Notes under the pieces: generated by a model
Databases searched by the model: none
Told to the model about the DNA's origin: nothing
What the model saw: the letters and a program-made list of their open reading frames with translations, nothing else
Shown here: piece by piece, positions 12,187 through 25,299 of the stretch
Numbering within the stretch: position 1 is the stretch's first letter
How the letters are laid out: every line of letters begins with the position of its first letter
Program-made: the position numbers and the translations under genes
Assembly (NCBI GenBank): GCA_951406725.2
Contig: OX597816.1
Span: forward strand, 68,634,001 to 68,698,000
Length of the DNA: 64,000 nucleotides
Reading direction: 5' to 3'
From: Octopus vulgaris
Taxonomy: Eukaryota

Positions 12187-13254
12187 TTATACATTTGTAT
12201 ATATTATGTAAATCTCAGCGTCATTTGAGGACAATGAAATGAATTTCGATATTAAAAAATAAAGTTCATTACCTATGATCAAAATTATATGATATTGTAA
12301 ATAAGCGTTTTCACTGTACACTATCGTCATATAGAATAAAGGGAAGAAGGTTCACGTGACAGACCCTATATGTTAGCCAGTCTTTTCTCGTGTCATAGTT
12401 AACGGATTTATACAGAGGCGCAAATCTTAGTTTAGCATTCCCCCTTCGCTAATGCAGATGGCTTGTGAATATTGCTATTTTTTTCCAATCAAACTAGCTC
12501 CCCGTTGAGATTTCTATTGTAAAATATATTTTGGTAATCTGAAATGGGAATCAAATTCTTTGCTGTTGTTTTTAAATTAATCCCCCACAAGGAATTATAT
12601 CTTCTAGTTCCCAGGATAATCTTAGTTATTCTGAATTTTCAAATCATTATATTCCAAATGTGTAATTCTAACGTCTCTCTATCTATATATATATGTATAT
12701 TTGTAGCATACAGGAGTTTCCCTTGAGGTGTTTCCACTGAGTTGCTGATATAAACAATTGTTTCCACTGTAGGCACAGGGCCTGAAATTTTATAGGAGGA
12801 GTTATTCAATTATATAGACCCCCAGTTCTCTGCAGGTACTTATTGTACCGCAAAACATTTTATCTAGAGTGCTAATAATTCTGTCAGTTGCAGCTTTATT
12901 TCCTGATATGAAATAAAGAGTGTTATTTACTTCAACCATATTTCTGTATATACTGACCATCTCAAAATCTAACCAGGTAACGTAATTATGCTTCGTTGAC
13001 GAGGACAACAAGATGCAGTCATGCATTCTTTCCAACTGTATCCGTTACATAATCCACTCCTAATCGAGTTTATTTTCTAAAAATTTGGATTAGGAGATAT
13101 GAGCAGATATTGTTTGTATGGACATTTTGAACTTTGAATTTGCAAACTTATTCTCAATTAATCAAATTTTCTTTGGAGTTCATGGTTTAAAATATTTGAG
13201 AATGTACCGTATATATATATATATTGAGCCAGCAGAATGCTGTCATTGGTATTA

Positions 13255-13655
13255 ACTTATTCTTGAGGTAGCGTCGAAGCATTGTGGGTATGAATTTCAA
13301 AACTATTATGGAATTTGATGTCAGAGTTAGTGAAGAAGTCACATTTGGATTTTCAACAGCAAAAATGCTAGCATAGTATTCAGCAGTAAGCTCAGTACAA
13401 TCCTTGGGTGTCCTCAGTGATCCGATCTTTGTGGGGATTGTAAAAAGGGCAAACTGGAGAATGAGGTCTGCTTCAAACGTACATATTTCCAGAACGCTTT
13501 GCTATCAGAATTGGTTGCTCTACGTTGTTCAAACTCAAGCACTGCCTTTCCTGTCATTTGTTTGAGTTGGTTGGATGATCTATTGCGTCTTCTTTTCTCA
13601 TCTGTTCTTTGCTGTCTGTATTATTTATGTTCAGTATCACAACGATCTTTCCTGG
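13255..13655 (-). pseudogene. Decayed LINE ORF2 fragment (CR1/L2/Jockey-like EN-RT linker)
   Basis: Minus translation SKAFWKYVRLKQ...ELTAEYYASIFAVENPN resembles the K.FW.YV...AE.L..YF.SVF motif. Confidence 0.5.
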
Positions 13656-13710
13656 CAAGTCGAACTACAATATATATATATATATATATATATAGATCAA
13701 TAAATGGTGG

Positions 13711-13771
<61 letters not shown>

Positions 13772-13774
<3 letters not shown>

Positions 13775-13975
13775 ATCCAAACATGAAAACACAAAGAGAA
13801 AGCACAACAACGCGAGGACGTGGAACAAGTATAGTGTCATTGGACGCTCAGGAAAGGAAAGAAAGGAGGATTTAACGCTTCGAGCGGAGCTCTTCGTCAG
13901 AAACATAGGGAAAGGAAAGATCCAAGGAAGGGAAGACGGAGGAAAAAAATCGCCAATGGTACACACGCTGTCACA
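13772..13975 (-). mobile_element. Penelope-like repeat with a degenerate minimal hammerhead (13870-13904)
   Basis: gttt-CTGACGA-agagc-tcc-gctc-GAAGC-GTT-aaat; lies next to (TA)n; relative at 53757-53975. Confidence 0.6.
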
Positions 13976-14049
13976 TTTTGTATTAGGATATATATAAGAA
14001 TTGATAAAAAAAAACAAGGCTGTGTAGATATTAGAACATTTATAGATAG

Positions 14050-14101
14050 GTCTTACAGCTGTTTCCAGGATATTTATTAATTATATTCCTTCATCGTAGA
14101 C
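14050..14101 (-). ncRNA. Degenerate minimal hammerhead (Penelope-type)
   Basis: gtct-aCGATGA-aggaatat..atatcct-g-GAAAC-AGCT-GTA-agac; palindromic ACAGCTGT; core positions 3-4 mutated. Confidence 0.55.
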
Positions 14102-14392
14102 GGTGTAAGAGAATGGTTAAGCAATAGTTAGTTTAGATAGGATACAAAATAGGGAGTGAGGTCGAGAAAGAAATAGATGTAAGATATTTTGGGATATTGA
14201 AGTTCTAGATCCATTTTTTAGGCAGAATGGTATATATGTAAGATTCCAATACTTTATGAGTGAGATCCAGCGGTATTGAAATACCCCTTATTCGCAAAAT
14301 TACTGAACCTGGAATTTAACTATGGTCTATCTATAGCACTTATTCAGCATTACCTGACACCGTTGGGTCTCAATGACACCATTACCTCTTAT

Positions 14393-14479
<87 letters not shown>

Positions 14480-14684
14480 CAAAAGGAGCAAATGTACTTC
14501 CAAAGCCATAGTCTCCTGGGTTCTGCGGCGCATTTATTCAACGAACAGACCCCTTGTCAATCTCAGAACTAAATACATTGTCTGCTAAATGGACTAATAG
14601 AGCAAGGTAAAATGACCTTTTGCTCAGGAATACCATGCGTATCACGGGTCAGAAATCGAAACCACAATTTCACGATCAATATTG

Positions 14685-14748
<64 letters not shown>

Positions 14749-15102
14749 CAATATGTGTATGTGTGAATGCATCCATGTAAGTATAAGGAGTATTCTCCCC
14801 CGAGAAATCAATTTTCACACTGGCTTAGTTCCAGAGCGTCGCCTGGTTAAAGATCAAACAAGTACGTGACCTACAATTCCATTATTTTATAGGTTGCGTA
14901 CTTTAGAATCGTTTGCTTTAATGCCGCAAGAAAGAAGACAGAATTGGTAAAATAATGCATCCATACCATTTCACATTGAATGAAAATTTCTTTTACGAAG
15001 TATGGAGGCTAGATTTATAATGTTATTTATCTGTTAGTAAAAGTCTGGTCCGATGATCAGGAAAAAAATGGAATGCAACTAACATAACATGGAATATAAT
15101 TT

Positions 15103-15391
15103 AGTTCTATATTTAAGAGATGCAGAATGATGTACATTATTTACATTCGACGGATATTTATCCTCATCATGTTTGTTGTTAACACAACGTTTCGGCTGAT
15201 ATACCCTCCAGCCACCTTCAGGTATCTTGAGGAAATTTCGAACCTGGGTTCTCATTCCTAAGGTATTTTTCGATGTTATTATTAATATTATTATTATTAT
15301 TGTTATTGTTCAGGTCACTGCTTGGAATCGAACTTGGAATCATGGTGTTAGTAGCCTGCGCTCGTAACCACTACGCCATATGCCCGTGGGT
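15103..15391 (-). mobile_element. tRNA-headed SINE-like element carrying a hammerhead motif
   Basis: A-box TGGCGTAGTGG, B-box GTTCGATTCC, (TAA)n linker, hammerhead-like motif at 15181-15226; flanked by a 14/16 direct repeat (15087-15102 / 15392-15407). Confidence 0.7.
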
Positions 15392-16156
15392 ACATAGAAT
15401 ATATTTTTTTCAGATAGGTTTTGGTTAAATTTTAAAGAATTCTTCGCTTTAGGAGTTGGCCATTTTGGAAAAGAAATCCCGTCAAGAAACTGTAAGTATA
15501 ATTATATAATTTTTATCTCAGTTCGTTTCATTTTCTAGAGGAAACACTTGAACTTGGTATCACGTAGCTTAAAGCTAAAGAAGCACGCACAAATACACAC
15601 ACTTACACACACACATACAGCATACGCATCATACACACACACATACGCGCACAACACAGGCGTACGCATACGTTCATGCTTTTCGTAAAGTGTTCATAAC
15701 GCACTGCTAGTTTATTTTAGTTTTTATTAATACGCTTAAGGTTTATCTAATTAAGGCCGTTTAAATTTCAAAGTCAAATGTTTGTATGTAAATAGTTAAT
15801 AAAGTTTAAGATAAATAATATATAGAGGCAAAGATGATTTGAATTTTTTCTGTTGCTTGTCAGTTTTCTATTTTGGTAAATTGTGTTCCAATTGTTTTCA
15901 AAACTGTAGTGATGTTCTTTTATGCAAATTATGGAAATGAAATTAATTTTTGCCATAGATTAGTAAGTAATAGTTTATAGCTTTTAAACTTTGAAAACTG
16001 TAGATAATTATGTGCCTGTTTCCATAGTAACAAGCCAAGCTTGTAATCTGCTCCAGAAGAGGATCCAACGAGTCTTTGTCTGTCAGTTACATGGCTGGAA
16101 GTTGGCACCCTTCCTCTTAGGACTGTACTTTCCCACTTTAACCATGGGTCAAGGAA

Positions 16157-16310
16157 TTGACTTTAATCCGGTTGTGCGTTGAAGAAATGGGGATAAACCA
16201 CTGCGCAACTGTTCGTAAAATATGTACGGAGGACCTGCTCCATAACCTGAATCAGATACGCGGTCTTGGGAAGATTGCTGAAATAGACGAAGCAGTCTGC
16301 TCAGGCGAGG
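16157..16310 (+). pseudogene. Merlin (IS1595/ISXO2-like) DDE transposase fragment
   Basis: RKICTEDLLHNLNQIRGLGKIAEIDEA resembles the IGG.G..VEIDES motif. Confidence 0.6.
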
Positions 16311-17328
16311 TAGTAAACGACTCAGTGGCACTCACCGTTCTATGGTTGACTCATATCTCTGCGAATTTATGTGGCACAGAAGATGTGAAAATTGTAATTT
16401 TGAGTATATCTCAAACTTTCGTTCTTGATTATCCCTACAAAAATTCTCCCTACAAAAATTGTATTAATTGAGCCGAAAAATTACTACAGTAGTATAATGT
16501 AGTTTTTTTTTTTTGTAACCTTTCGCTAAATCAAAAATTAATTGAGGAATTTTCCTTTTAGATTGTTTAAAAGCCAGTTTCACCGTTTCACACGACTTTA
16601 TTCATTTAGAACTTATCAAAATTTCAAAACTTCTTACATCTTTCGTCGTCGTCGATTTTGTTATAGGCAAGTGTCACGGAGAAAATGCCAGCTTCCAAAC
16701 CTTGTTTTCTGATTGGCTAAAAACTACCAATTTTAAACCTGAGTAACATTTTTCTAAAATTTTTCTGGAACACGTGAATTACAAAATCATATTCAGAACG
16801 TAAAAGTACATTAATTAACCAATTTGAACATTTTCACTTAATTTTAAAATATCAAAAACTGTGACAGCAACGGAAAAAGATCTGAGGAATTTTCAAAGAA
16901 TTGATATTGCGATCTAAGTGAAACGAAATATTTGTAATAGTATTACACAAAACACAAGAAAGATAAGACTGAATTCCAAAATAGTTAAAAATTTAAGCGA
17001 AATATGCAATGGGATTAGACTGTTATTTAATAAAAAGTATCCTTTAAAAATGTTCTCATATTTTAAACGCGTTTTCTACAAAGTCGAATGTCTCCAAAAC
17101 GAGAATAATCATTTTGTGGTTTCACCAATCACCTGGTAAGAAGATCAAAAAAAGAAAGGCGTCTTTAAGTAATAAAAAAAATCTATTAGTAATGCACTTT
17201 TGGCGTTGTTTTCATTCCATATTTTGGTAATTATCATTTTTTTCTTGTTCTTCATTATAAACCCATCTTTCTGTTTCGTATAGTATTTCATATTTCTATT
17301 GTTCTTAATGATTTTCAACTCTGTGGCC

Positions 17329-17389
<61 letters not shown>

Positions 17390-17391
<2 letters not shown>

Positions 17392-17537
17392 GATATTCAC
17401 TAGTACAACACTAAATACGAAACCAAATATATGGCACACTAGGCATAACAACAATACGAACTTCCAACCTGTTGTCTCTTGAGGTCTCTGGGTGAGACTT
17501 GGAGCCAACTTGTACAAATATAAAGCAAAAGTCAAAC

Positions 17538-17540
<3 letters not shown>
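17390..17540 (+). mobile_element. 3' end of a probable R4/Dong-type LINE within (TAA)n
   Basis: 150-bp unique segment ending aagcaaaagtcaaaca(taa)n, with (TAA)n on both sides; family call is from recall. Confidence 0.45.
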
Positions 17541-17592
<52 letters not shown>

Positions 17593-17599
17593 TATGATT

Positions 17600-18450
17600 C
17601 TTAAGGCGGCGAGCTGCCAGAATCGTTAGCACGCCGGGCGAAATGCTTAGTAATATATCGCCTGCCGCTACGTTCTGATTTCAAATTCATCATTTCGGAA
17701 CTGATTAATTAAGTACCAGGGAAACACTAAGGTCGATGTAATCGACTACTTCCTTCCCCGCAAATTTCAGGCCTTGTGCTTATAACAGAAATAATGATAA
17801 TTATTAAGTTAGTGAGCTGGCAAACTCGTTATTGTGCTGGGAAAAATGCTTAGGGCATTTCGTCCGGTTTTACGTTTTGAATTAAAATTCTGTCGAGGTC
17901 AATTATGCCTTTTATTCTTTCGGTGTTGATAAATTAAGTACCAGTGAAACACTGGAGTCGATATAATCGACTTTCCCCCTCTCCCAAAATGTCAGGCCTC
18001 GTGCCTTTTGTAGAAAGAACTGTTATTATTATTATCATTATCGGGGAGTTGGCAGAAACTTTAACATGTCAGAGAAAGATGCTTAACGGCATTTCGTCCG
18101 TCTTTGCGTTGTGAGTTCAAATTTCGCACAGTTCTACTTTAACTTTCATCATTTCGGGGCCGTTAAATTAAGTACCTGGCGTCCATGGAATCAACTTAAA
18201 CCCTCTCCAAAATTGCTGGTCTTGTGCCCAAATTTGAAATCATTATTATTATTATTGGCGACATGACAGGATGATTAACATGCCAGAGAAAATGCTTTCG
18301 TCTGCTTTTAGCTTTTTAAGTACAAATCTGTCGAGTTGAAGCATGTCTTTCCTTCTTTCTGCATTGATAAAATAATTACCAGTTGAGCACTGAAGTCGAT
18401 GCAATAGTCTTCCCACTTCTCCAAAGTTTCAGTCCTTGTGTCTATAGAAA
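17600..18450 (+). mobile_element. Diverged tandem array of family B SINE units
   Basis: Four successive ggcgagctggcagaa...Meta-domain units separated by (TTA)n. Confidence 0.75.
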
Positions 18451-18464
18451 GCTTTATTGTTCTT

Positions 18465-18862
18465 TTTTACTCTAGGCACAAGGCTCGAAATTTTGTGGGG
18501 AGGGGGCCAGTAGATTAGATTGAATCCAGTACGCAACTGGTACTTAAGTTATCGACCTCGAAAGGATGAAAGGCAAAGTCGAAATCGACGGAATTTGGAC
18601 TCGGAACATAACGACAGATGAAATACCTATTTCTTTAGTACCTACAAGGGGCTACACACAGAGGGGACAAACAAGGACAGACAAACGGATTAAGTCGATT
18701 ATATCGACCCCAATGCGTAACTAGTACTTATTTGATCGACCCCGAACTGATGAAAGGCAAAGTCGACTTCGGCGGAATTTGAACTCAGAACATAACGGCA
18801 GACGAAATATCTCTAAGCATTTTGCCCGACGTGCTAACGTTTCTGCCAGCTAGCCGCCTTAG
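18465..18862 (-). mobile_element. Family B SINE dimer
   Basis: Two units on the minus strand, head at about 18860. Confidence 0.8.
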
Positions 18863-20919
18863 AAAATGTTATTATTACGATTATTATTATTACTGCATCT
18901 AACATTAACAGGACATCATCTCCTGCTATAGTTCTATCATGCATTAATCTAAAAGAATATTTTTCGTAAATTGGATGAAATTTTTTCTACTTTAATTTGT
19001 TTGCAATTAATTCAAGAAAGGTGAGTGCTAACTTTCTTAATTTTTTCTTTGCCGCTTATCAAGCGAGAGAAACAGATATTTTAAACCGCTTTTTTTTTTG
19101 TCAAGTCGAAACACACCTCATCTCCCAATAAGCAAACGACCAAGCTGCTGCAAAAATTCTAAACTGAAAAAAAAAAAGAAACTGAACGAAAATATTATTG
19201 AAGAAGATACTACCATTCTTTGGAAGGAAAAAGAAATAAAACAGAAGAAAAATAACTCTAGTTTTTTGTTTTTAATTCTAGTTTAAACATTAGTGAAGTT
19301 AGCAAAACTGACAACTCACCTAACATTATTGCACACATGAAAACGCTTTCCTTGTTAACTAAAGAAAATAGCGAGCAAGCTATTAGTTATCCATTTGCTT
19401 GCAAAAACTGACAAGGTTTAAATGTAAACTAATTGGCAGAGAAGGTACCTAATTGGTAAAATTTTATTATAAAATTAACTGGCTAATTGGCAGAAGTGTT
19501 AGAGCATCTAACACTGTACCGCTCAATGTTCGTTTCAAATCTTTGTACTCTTGAGTCACATCTTATCGGGGTTGAGTTTGCTTCTTCTGTTATTTCGAAG
19601 TCAAAATACATGATATCAAGCCAGAGCGGCGGTATTTTGTCATTGTTTGGCTGCATATAAGTTGTCGTATTTGTTTCTTTTCTTTGCTTCCTTAGGTCAT
19701 ATCTCATTATGGGTATCTTGGGAACATTTGGCGTGTTTAATTGTTGCTACTATTTAGCCCAAGGCTCCACTTTGGGGATACTTACCCTTTTTATTTCACC
19801 AGTCTCGGAAGTACTATAATTCTGTAAACTGTTATGTGGTTAACCTTCTCTCTTGACTAAAATAAGCAGAAAATAATATATATTCCACATCTTCCGGTCA
19901 TTATATTCAAAAGAATGAAAATCGCAAAAGAACGGAATCTACAATGAATCGTTTACTCAGCCCACGAAGCAAAAAGTATTGTCCCTGTTGTCGAGAATGC
20001 TGTCTCATCCATATACTGGGGCAAGATCCACGGAATAATTATTTTATTTTTAAACTGAGAGCAAGGGGAAGTGGCTGACCACATTAAGCATTTATTTATA
20101 CGCTGTCATAGATATAACGAACGACCCTTACTTTCCCCTCGTCACCATTTTTGCCTTTCAATATGGATAGATACTAAATTTGGATGTAACAAGAATGACA
20201 TAGAGGATGGATATAGAAGGCCTAATGACTCACGAAAATCACTGAACCTTAGCAAAGTGTTGTAAAAGAAAAGGCGATGAAATAAGCGCTTGAATTGCTA
20301 CACGTATAGAAACATAAAGAAAAAAAATGGTTAGGATTTTCTTTAATTGACGAAGATCAGAAGCAGGAGGAAAGCGAAAAACAATAAAACTCAAAAACTG
20401 CCATTGCTGTCATAGTACTACCGGTCGGAGCTTCGGAATCACTAGAGTAGAACAACCCATGATCAGTGTCAGACCGAGATAATATTTCCTCTAACCGTCG
20501 CCACCGGCGACTAGGGAATTACTATGCAAGGTACAATAATATTTCTCTTGTAAAACAATTCATTATGCTCTGATTTCAGTATCCACTTACAATTAAAGCA
20601 TAATGTGTAGTGTACTGGGGAATAAAAATTCCCTTTAGTACTCAAGTGCAAACCTTAATCTTCCGAGTTCAAATAAAAGCGATGATTGGATCGTCCCAGC
20701 TTCAAGTCTCGAAAGATTGTCATCAAATCTTCCAGCTCTCTAGGAGGCTCCGTGAAGGTTCAAAGTCACTGTATTCCTTACTCCCAGCTAAAAGATAAAA
20801 GAAGATAATCCCTAGCGATTAACCGCAATAAATTACACCCTCCTCCTCTTCTTTTCTTCTTTCTTTTCTTCTTCTTCTTCTACTTTTTTTTTCTTCTTCT
20901 GCTTTTTTTTCTTCTTCTT

Positions 20920-21320
20920 GCCTTTGCACAGCTTCTAACGCTGGATATGTACTACAGTGTCAGCTGTTCCCTACCAGTGAACTAAGGTAACACCTCTTAT
21001 TTTTCGAGCGCCTTCCCGAGTATTCAAGCGGTTCCAAGCAGTGCTGTTTTCTGCAAGTGCTCCACCCTTATTGCAGCCCCTATTTGTTCCACGTACATCT
21101 CGAGATTTTTACTCACAGCTCCCAAGGCTCCGACAATTATTGGTACTACTGCTACCTTTTTCATCGACTACAACTGCTTAACTTCTCAAGCTAATCTGCC
21201 GTATCTCCCGACTTATCTTTCTTCCTTATCGCATACCTTGTTGTCAGATGACCATGCTATATCTATGATCCAGCATAGTCTGTTTTCTTTCTCAATTAAG
21301 ACTATGTCCGGCTTCCTATG
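20920..21320 (-). pseudogene. R4/Dong-type LINE 3' fragment: restriction-like endonuclease domain plus 3'UTR, next to a (GAA)n tract
   Basis: 20997-21320 translates HRKPDIVLIEKENRLCWIIDIA...DKEER...VVPIIVGALG...LQKTALLGTA with several stops; (CTT)n at 20845-20919. Confidence 0.85.
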
Positions 21321-22061
21321 TCCAGTTTAGCTGCATTTCGTCCACCGAGATCGACTTTGCCTTTTATCTTTTAGGAATCGATAAAATAGATATCAGTTGA
21401 GCACTTAACCTGCTGGTCTTGTGTTAAAATTTGACCTTTGTTGTTATTATTATCATTATTAATATTATTATTATCGGCGGTGTGCTGAAAGAATCGTTAG
21501 CACGCCGGACAAAATGCTTAGTGGCATTTCTCCGCCCTTATGTTCTGAGTTCATATTCCGCCGAGGATGACTTTATCTTTCATCATTTCGGGTTCTATGA
21601 AATAAAATACTAGTTAAGGACTTGGTTCGAAGTAATCGACTAGTCCCCGCTACGCAGATTCCAGGCCCTGTGCCTATTCTATAAAGGATTATTATTATTA
21701 TTATTTACAATACAACAGTAGCTTAACTGAAACGCCAGTGTGTCAGATTAAATACTTAATCGTATTTAGGTATGCCCGTTTACATTCAAGATCAAGGGCC
21801 GGCAATATGGAGGCAATGGGTGAATTTTTACGTTGTAGAGATATCTGGTAGAAACAGCACTCAAATTACCATCAAAATAACACAAACAGTCTTTGGAAAA
21901 GAAATTGTTATAAAGGGTGATGATAAGCCATGATTTTTCCCTTCTGAACTGACTTTAATTATAGGTCTGCTTCGCCTTCCATACTTTCGAGGTGGACAAA
22001 ATAAATACAAGTACTGAGATTGACTCACCCACTCTCCATGAATGTACCAACCTTGTGCAGT

Positions 22062-22233
22062 AGACATAGGAGTGGCTGTGTGGTAAGTAGCTTGTTTACG
22101 AACTACATGGTTCCAGGTTCAGTCCTACTGCGTGGCACCTTGGGCAAGTGTCTTCTACTATAGCGTCGGGCCGACCAAAGCCTTGTAAGGGGATTTGGTT
22201 GACGAAGACTGAAAGAAACCCGTCATATATATG

Positions 22234-22283
<50 letters not shown>

Positions 22284-22301
22284 TATATATATTATATATA
22301 T

Positions 22302-22371
<70 letters not shown>

Positions 22372-22570
22372 GTGCGTATGTTTGTGTGTTTGTGTTTGTC
22401 ACCTCAACATCGCTTGACAACCGATGCTGGTGTGATTACTTCCCCGTAACTTAGCGGTTCGGCAAAAAAGACCGATAGAATAAGTTCTAGCCTTAGATCG
22501 ATTTGCTCGATTAAAAAAGGCGGTGCTCCAGCATAGCCACAGTCAAATGACTAAAACCAGTAAAAGAGTA
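22062..22570 (+). mobile_element. SINE family A copy with an expanded (TA)n centre
   Basis: Head, CORE-like segment, microsatellite of about 150 bp, tail. Confidence 0.85.
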
Positions 22571-23234
22571 ATATTCGTTACAATTAATGAGTTCAAATTC
22601 CGCTGATATCGACATAGCCTCAGAATCGATAAAGTAAGTGCCATGTGAGCAGTGTGGTCAATATAATCGACTGATCCCCTCCCCGTAAAATTACTGGCCT
22701 AATGTCAAAATCTGAATTCAAATTTCGCCAAGGTCGACTTTCACTTGCATTTGTCAGAATCGATAAAAGAAGTGCTAGTTGAGTACTACGGTTGGCAGCC
22801 TTACCCACTCCCACTAAAATTGCTGGCCTCGTGTCAAAATTTGAGACCATTACTCACAGCAACAATAGCAATACGAAATAGCCTTTATACGAAAACTAAT
22901 TCACCAACAGAGATTTTTTTCTTCCCTGTCAGGTGAGTAATAAATTTCAGTAGACATAAACCTTCATTTCACAAGAATTGTTCCAGCCTAGAATGGATAT
23001 CAGTATGTTGATCATGATTTATATAAATAATTTACCAAGCAGTAATATGAAAGTATTGAACTGTGACACTAGAATGCTAAAGTTATAATAGCTTGCGGTT
23101 ATTGTAACAAATGTAAACAACGAACAATCAGTAACGAAATAAATATAGAAATATATATATAAATGAATTATTATCACCTAAAATATTGTTTAATTTTTCA
23201 CACAGAAGTAAACTGTGATAAAATGATATGTTGC

Positions 23235-23320
<86 letters not shown>

Positions 23321-23326
23321 TGTTTC

Positions 23327-23369
<43 letters not shown>

Positions 23370-23419
23370 TATTCATCATATATATTGTATGATTGTGATA
23401 TATATATAATAAATAAATG

Positions 23420-23648
23420 CGCCCTTTTTAAAGCCTAGCCAGGCTCACGGGCCCGGTTTCCCTGTTTCTATGGCGTATGTGTTCTCCAGCTGGACGGGAC
23501 GCCAGTCCATCGCAGCGTTACTCATTTTTGCCAACGTGAAATGAAGTGCTTTGCTCAAGAACACAACGCGTTGCCCGGTCCAGGAATCGAAGCCATAACC
23601 TTACAATCATGATGCTCACACCCTAACCACTAAGCCACGCGCCTCCAC
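23420..23648 (-). mobile_element. tRNA-derived CORE SINE (family C, OR2-like)
   Basis: gtggaggcgcgtggcttagtggttaggg...gcgttgtgttcttgagcaaagcacttc...gatggactggcgtcccgtccag. Confidence 0.8.
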
Positions 23649-24769
23649 GACATATATGTATATATATATGTGTGTGTATATATATACTGTGGTCGAATAG
23701 CTGATCGTTACAGTATCTGATAGAAACATTTAGTCTAGTCATCATCGAGCTAGGTTCAAATCCAGCCATTTTATCCCTTTAGGTTGATATATATTTCTCC
23801 ATTGTTTACATTCTGGATGTTCTACTGGATGAAATGTGGGCAGGGCAGGATGGATGGGAGACTGAAGCTGGTGGCAATTATATAGTTTTGTATGCCGTTG
23901 TCAAAGTTCACATGCTGTTGTGTTCGTACGTTGTATGCCGTTGTGAAAATAGTTTCCGGCGCTTAGGTTAAACTCCCCTGGGAAAGCGCATACAGTTTTC
24001 TTCATTCTTACACCAGTGCAATGTTGACACAGGGAAGATCGATAGATAATATTAGACTGACAGATAATCAGTTGTGATTCCATGCGTGAAAAGTAGCCAG
24101 AGAAAGAAAAGTGGATGAGAAGAGGAAACGGAATTTGCGAATTTGCATTTGAAAATGGAAAACAGATAAGTGTAAAAGAATATGAGAATGTTGCATCGCA
24201 GTTTGAAATGATTGTAAGTGGAAGAGTAAAATTTAGATATATTCTCACTGCGTGACACAAGTTCCGATTGAATTATTTATGTTTAGGCATTTAGGCAAAG
24301 CAGATTTAAGATTTCCTGGAATATTACAAAATGTCAGATCTCAGAAATACTAGTGGTGGTATGAGTTGATAAAACAGGTATCTATTGGTAAAGGGTAAAG
24401 TGTTTTTAATTCCTATGCTTCGAGGAAGAAGAAAATCTTAGTCCTTAGTCCACGAGACATTAGACACACAGGAGAAATGCAGGAAATGACTGAATTAATT
24501 TCTTTTTATATATATTTGATGAAACCCTGCAGAAATACTGTGTTTTTGGAAATGATCTCAGTATCCACATATTACATTTCGTTCAAAGAATCAACTTTAA
24601 GTGCGGGGAATTGAAATGGCATCATTTTGTAAAGTGAAAGAGATAATTGCATATGGCTTACGTCGCGATCCATTTATGTTGTTGCGAAAATAATGGTGTC
24701 AAAGTGGATCCTTATCAGACCCCACATAAACTGTGATCAAATGTCTCTGCTATATATAACCTCATACAG

Positions 24770-24955
24770 TTGTATCCGAACCAGTGCTACATCTTAAGAA
24801 TGCATCTCCATCCATGTGTGACGAATTTGGAGCGCGAGAGTTCACCCAACACTTTGGAAGTTTTTTTCTCTTTCGCGACCTCAAAGCTCTGCAAAGTCGT
24901 GTTCCTTTCACCTTCTATTTTTCTCTCGTGCATACACATTGGCAACAGCTAATTC
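24770..24955 (-). pseudogene. Possible LINE APE endonuclease remnant
   Basis: Minus translation LAVANVYA...VLGE resembles the .NVYAP...GDFN motifs. Confidence 0.3.
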
Positions 24956-25299
24956 AATGATAATTTTTTGTCATTCTATACTGTGACGACGTTCTTATAG
25001 AAAGAAAGAGCGAATAAACAGTTTAAAAGAAAACGTTTGTCCAAAATTTTGAAACTCTTGTGTCATTGACTTGCGAATTTAAACATTACACCAATAAATA
25101 CATTTTTTGCCGATGAAGAAAACCACTAGCCTTCCTACGTTTTTATACGTTCACACACATACACACACATATACACACTTACCAACAGACACACCTACAA
25201 ACACACACACCCACACATATATCATACACACAACGTAATTCTATTCTATTCTGCAATGTCATTTCATGAATGACGTCCTGGAAAACTGAGGACCCCACC

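Noticed and set aside
24010-24320. VDTG aspartic-protease-like remnant of an LTR element
   Set aside because: Too decayed; no other pol motifs
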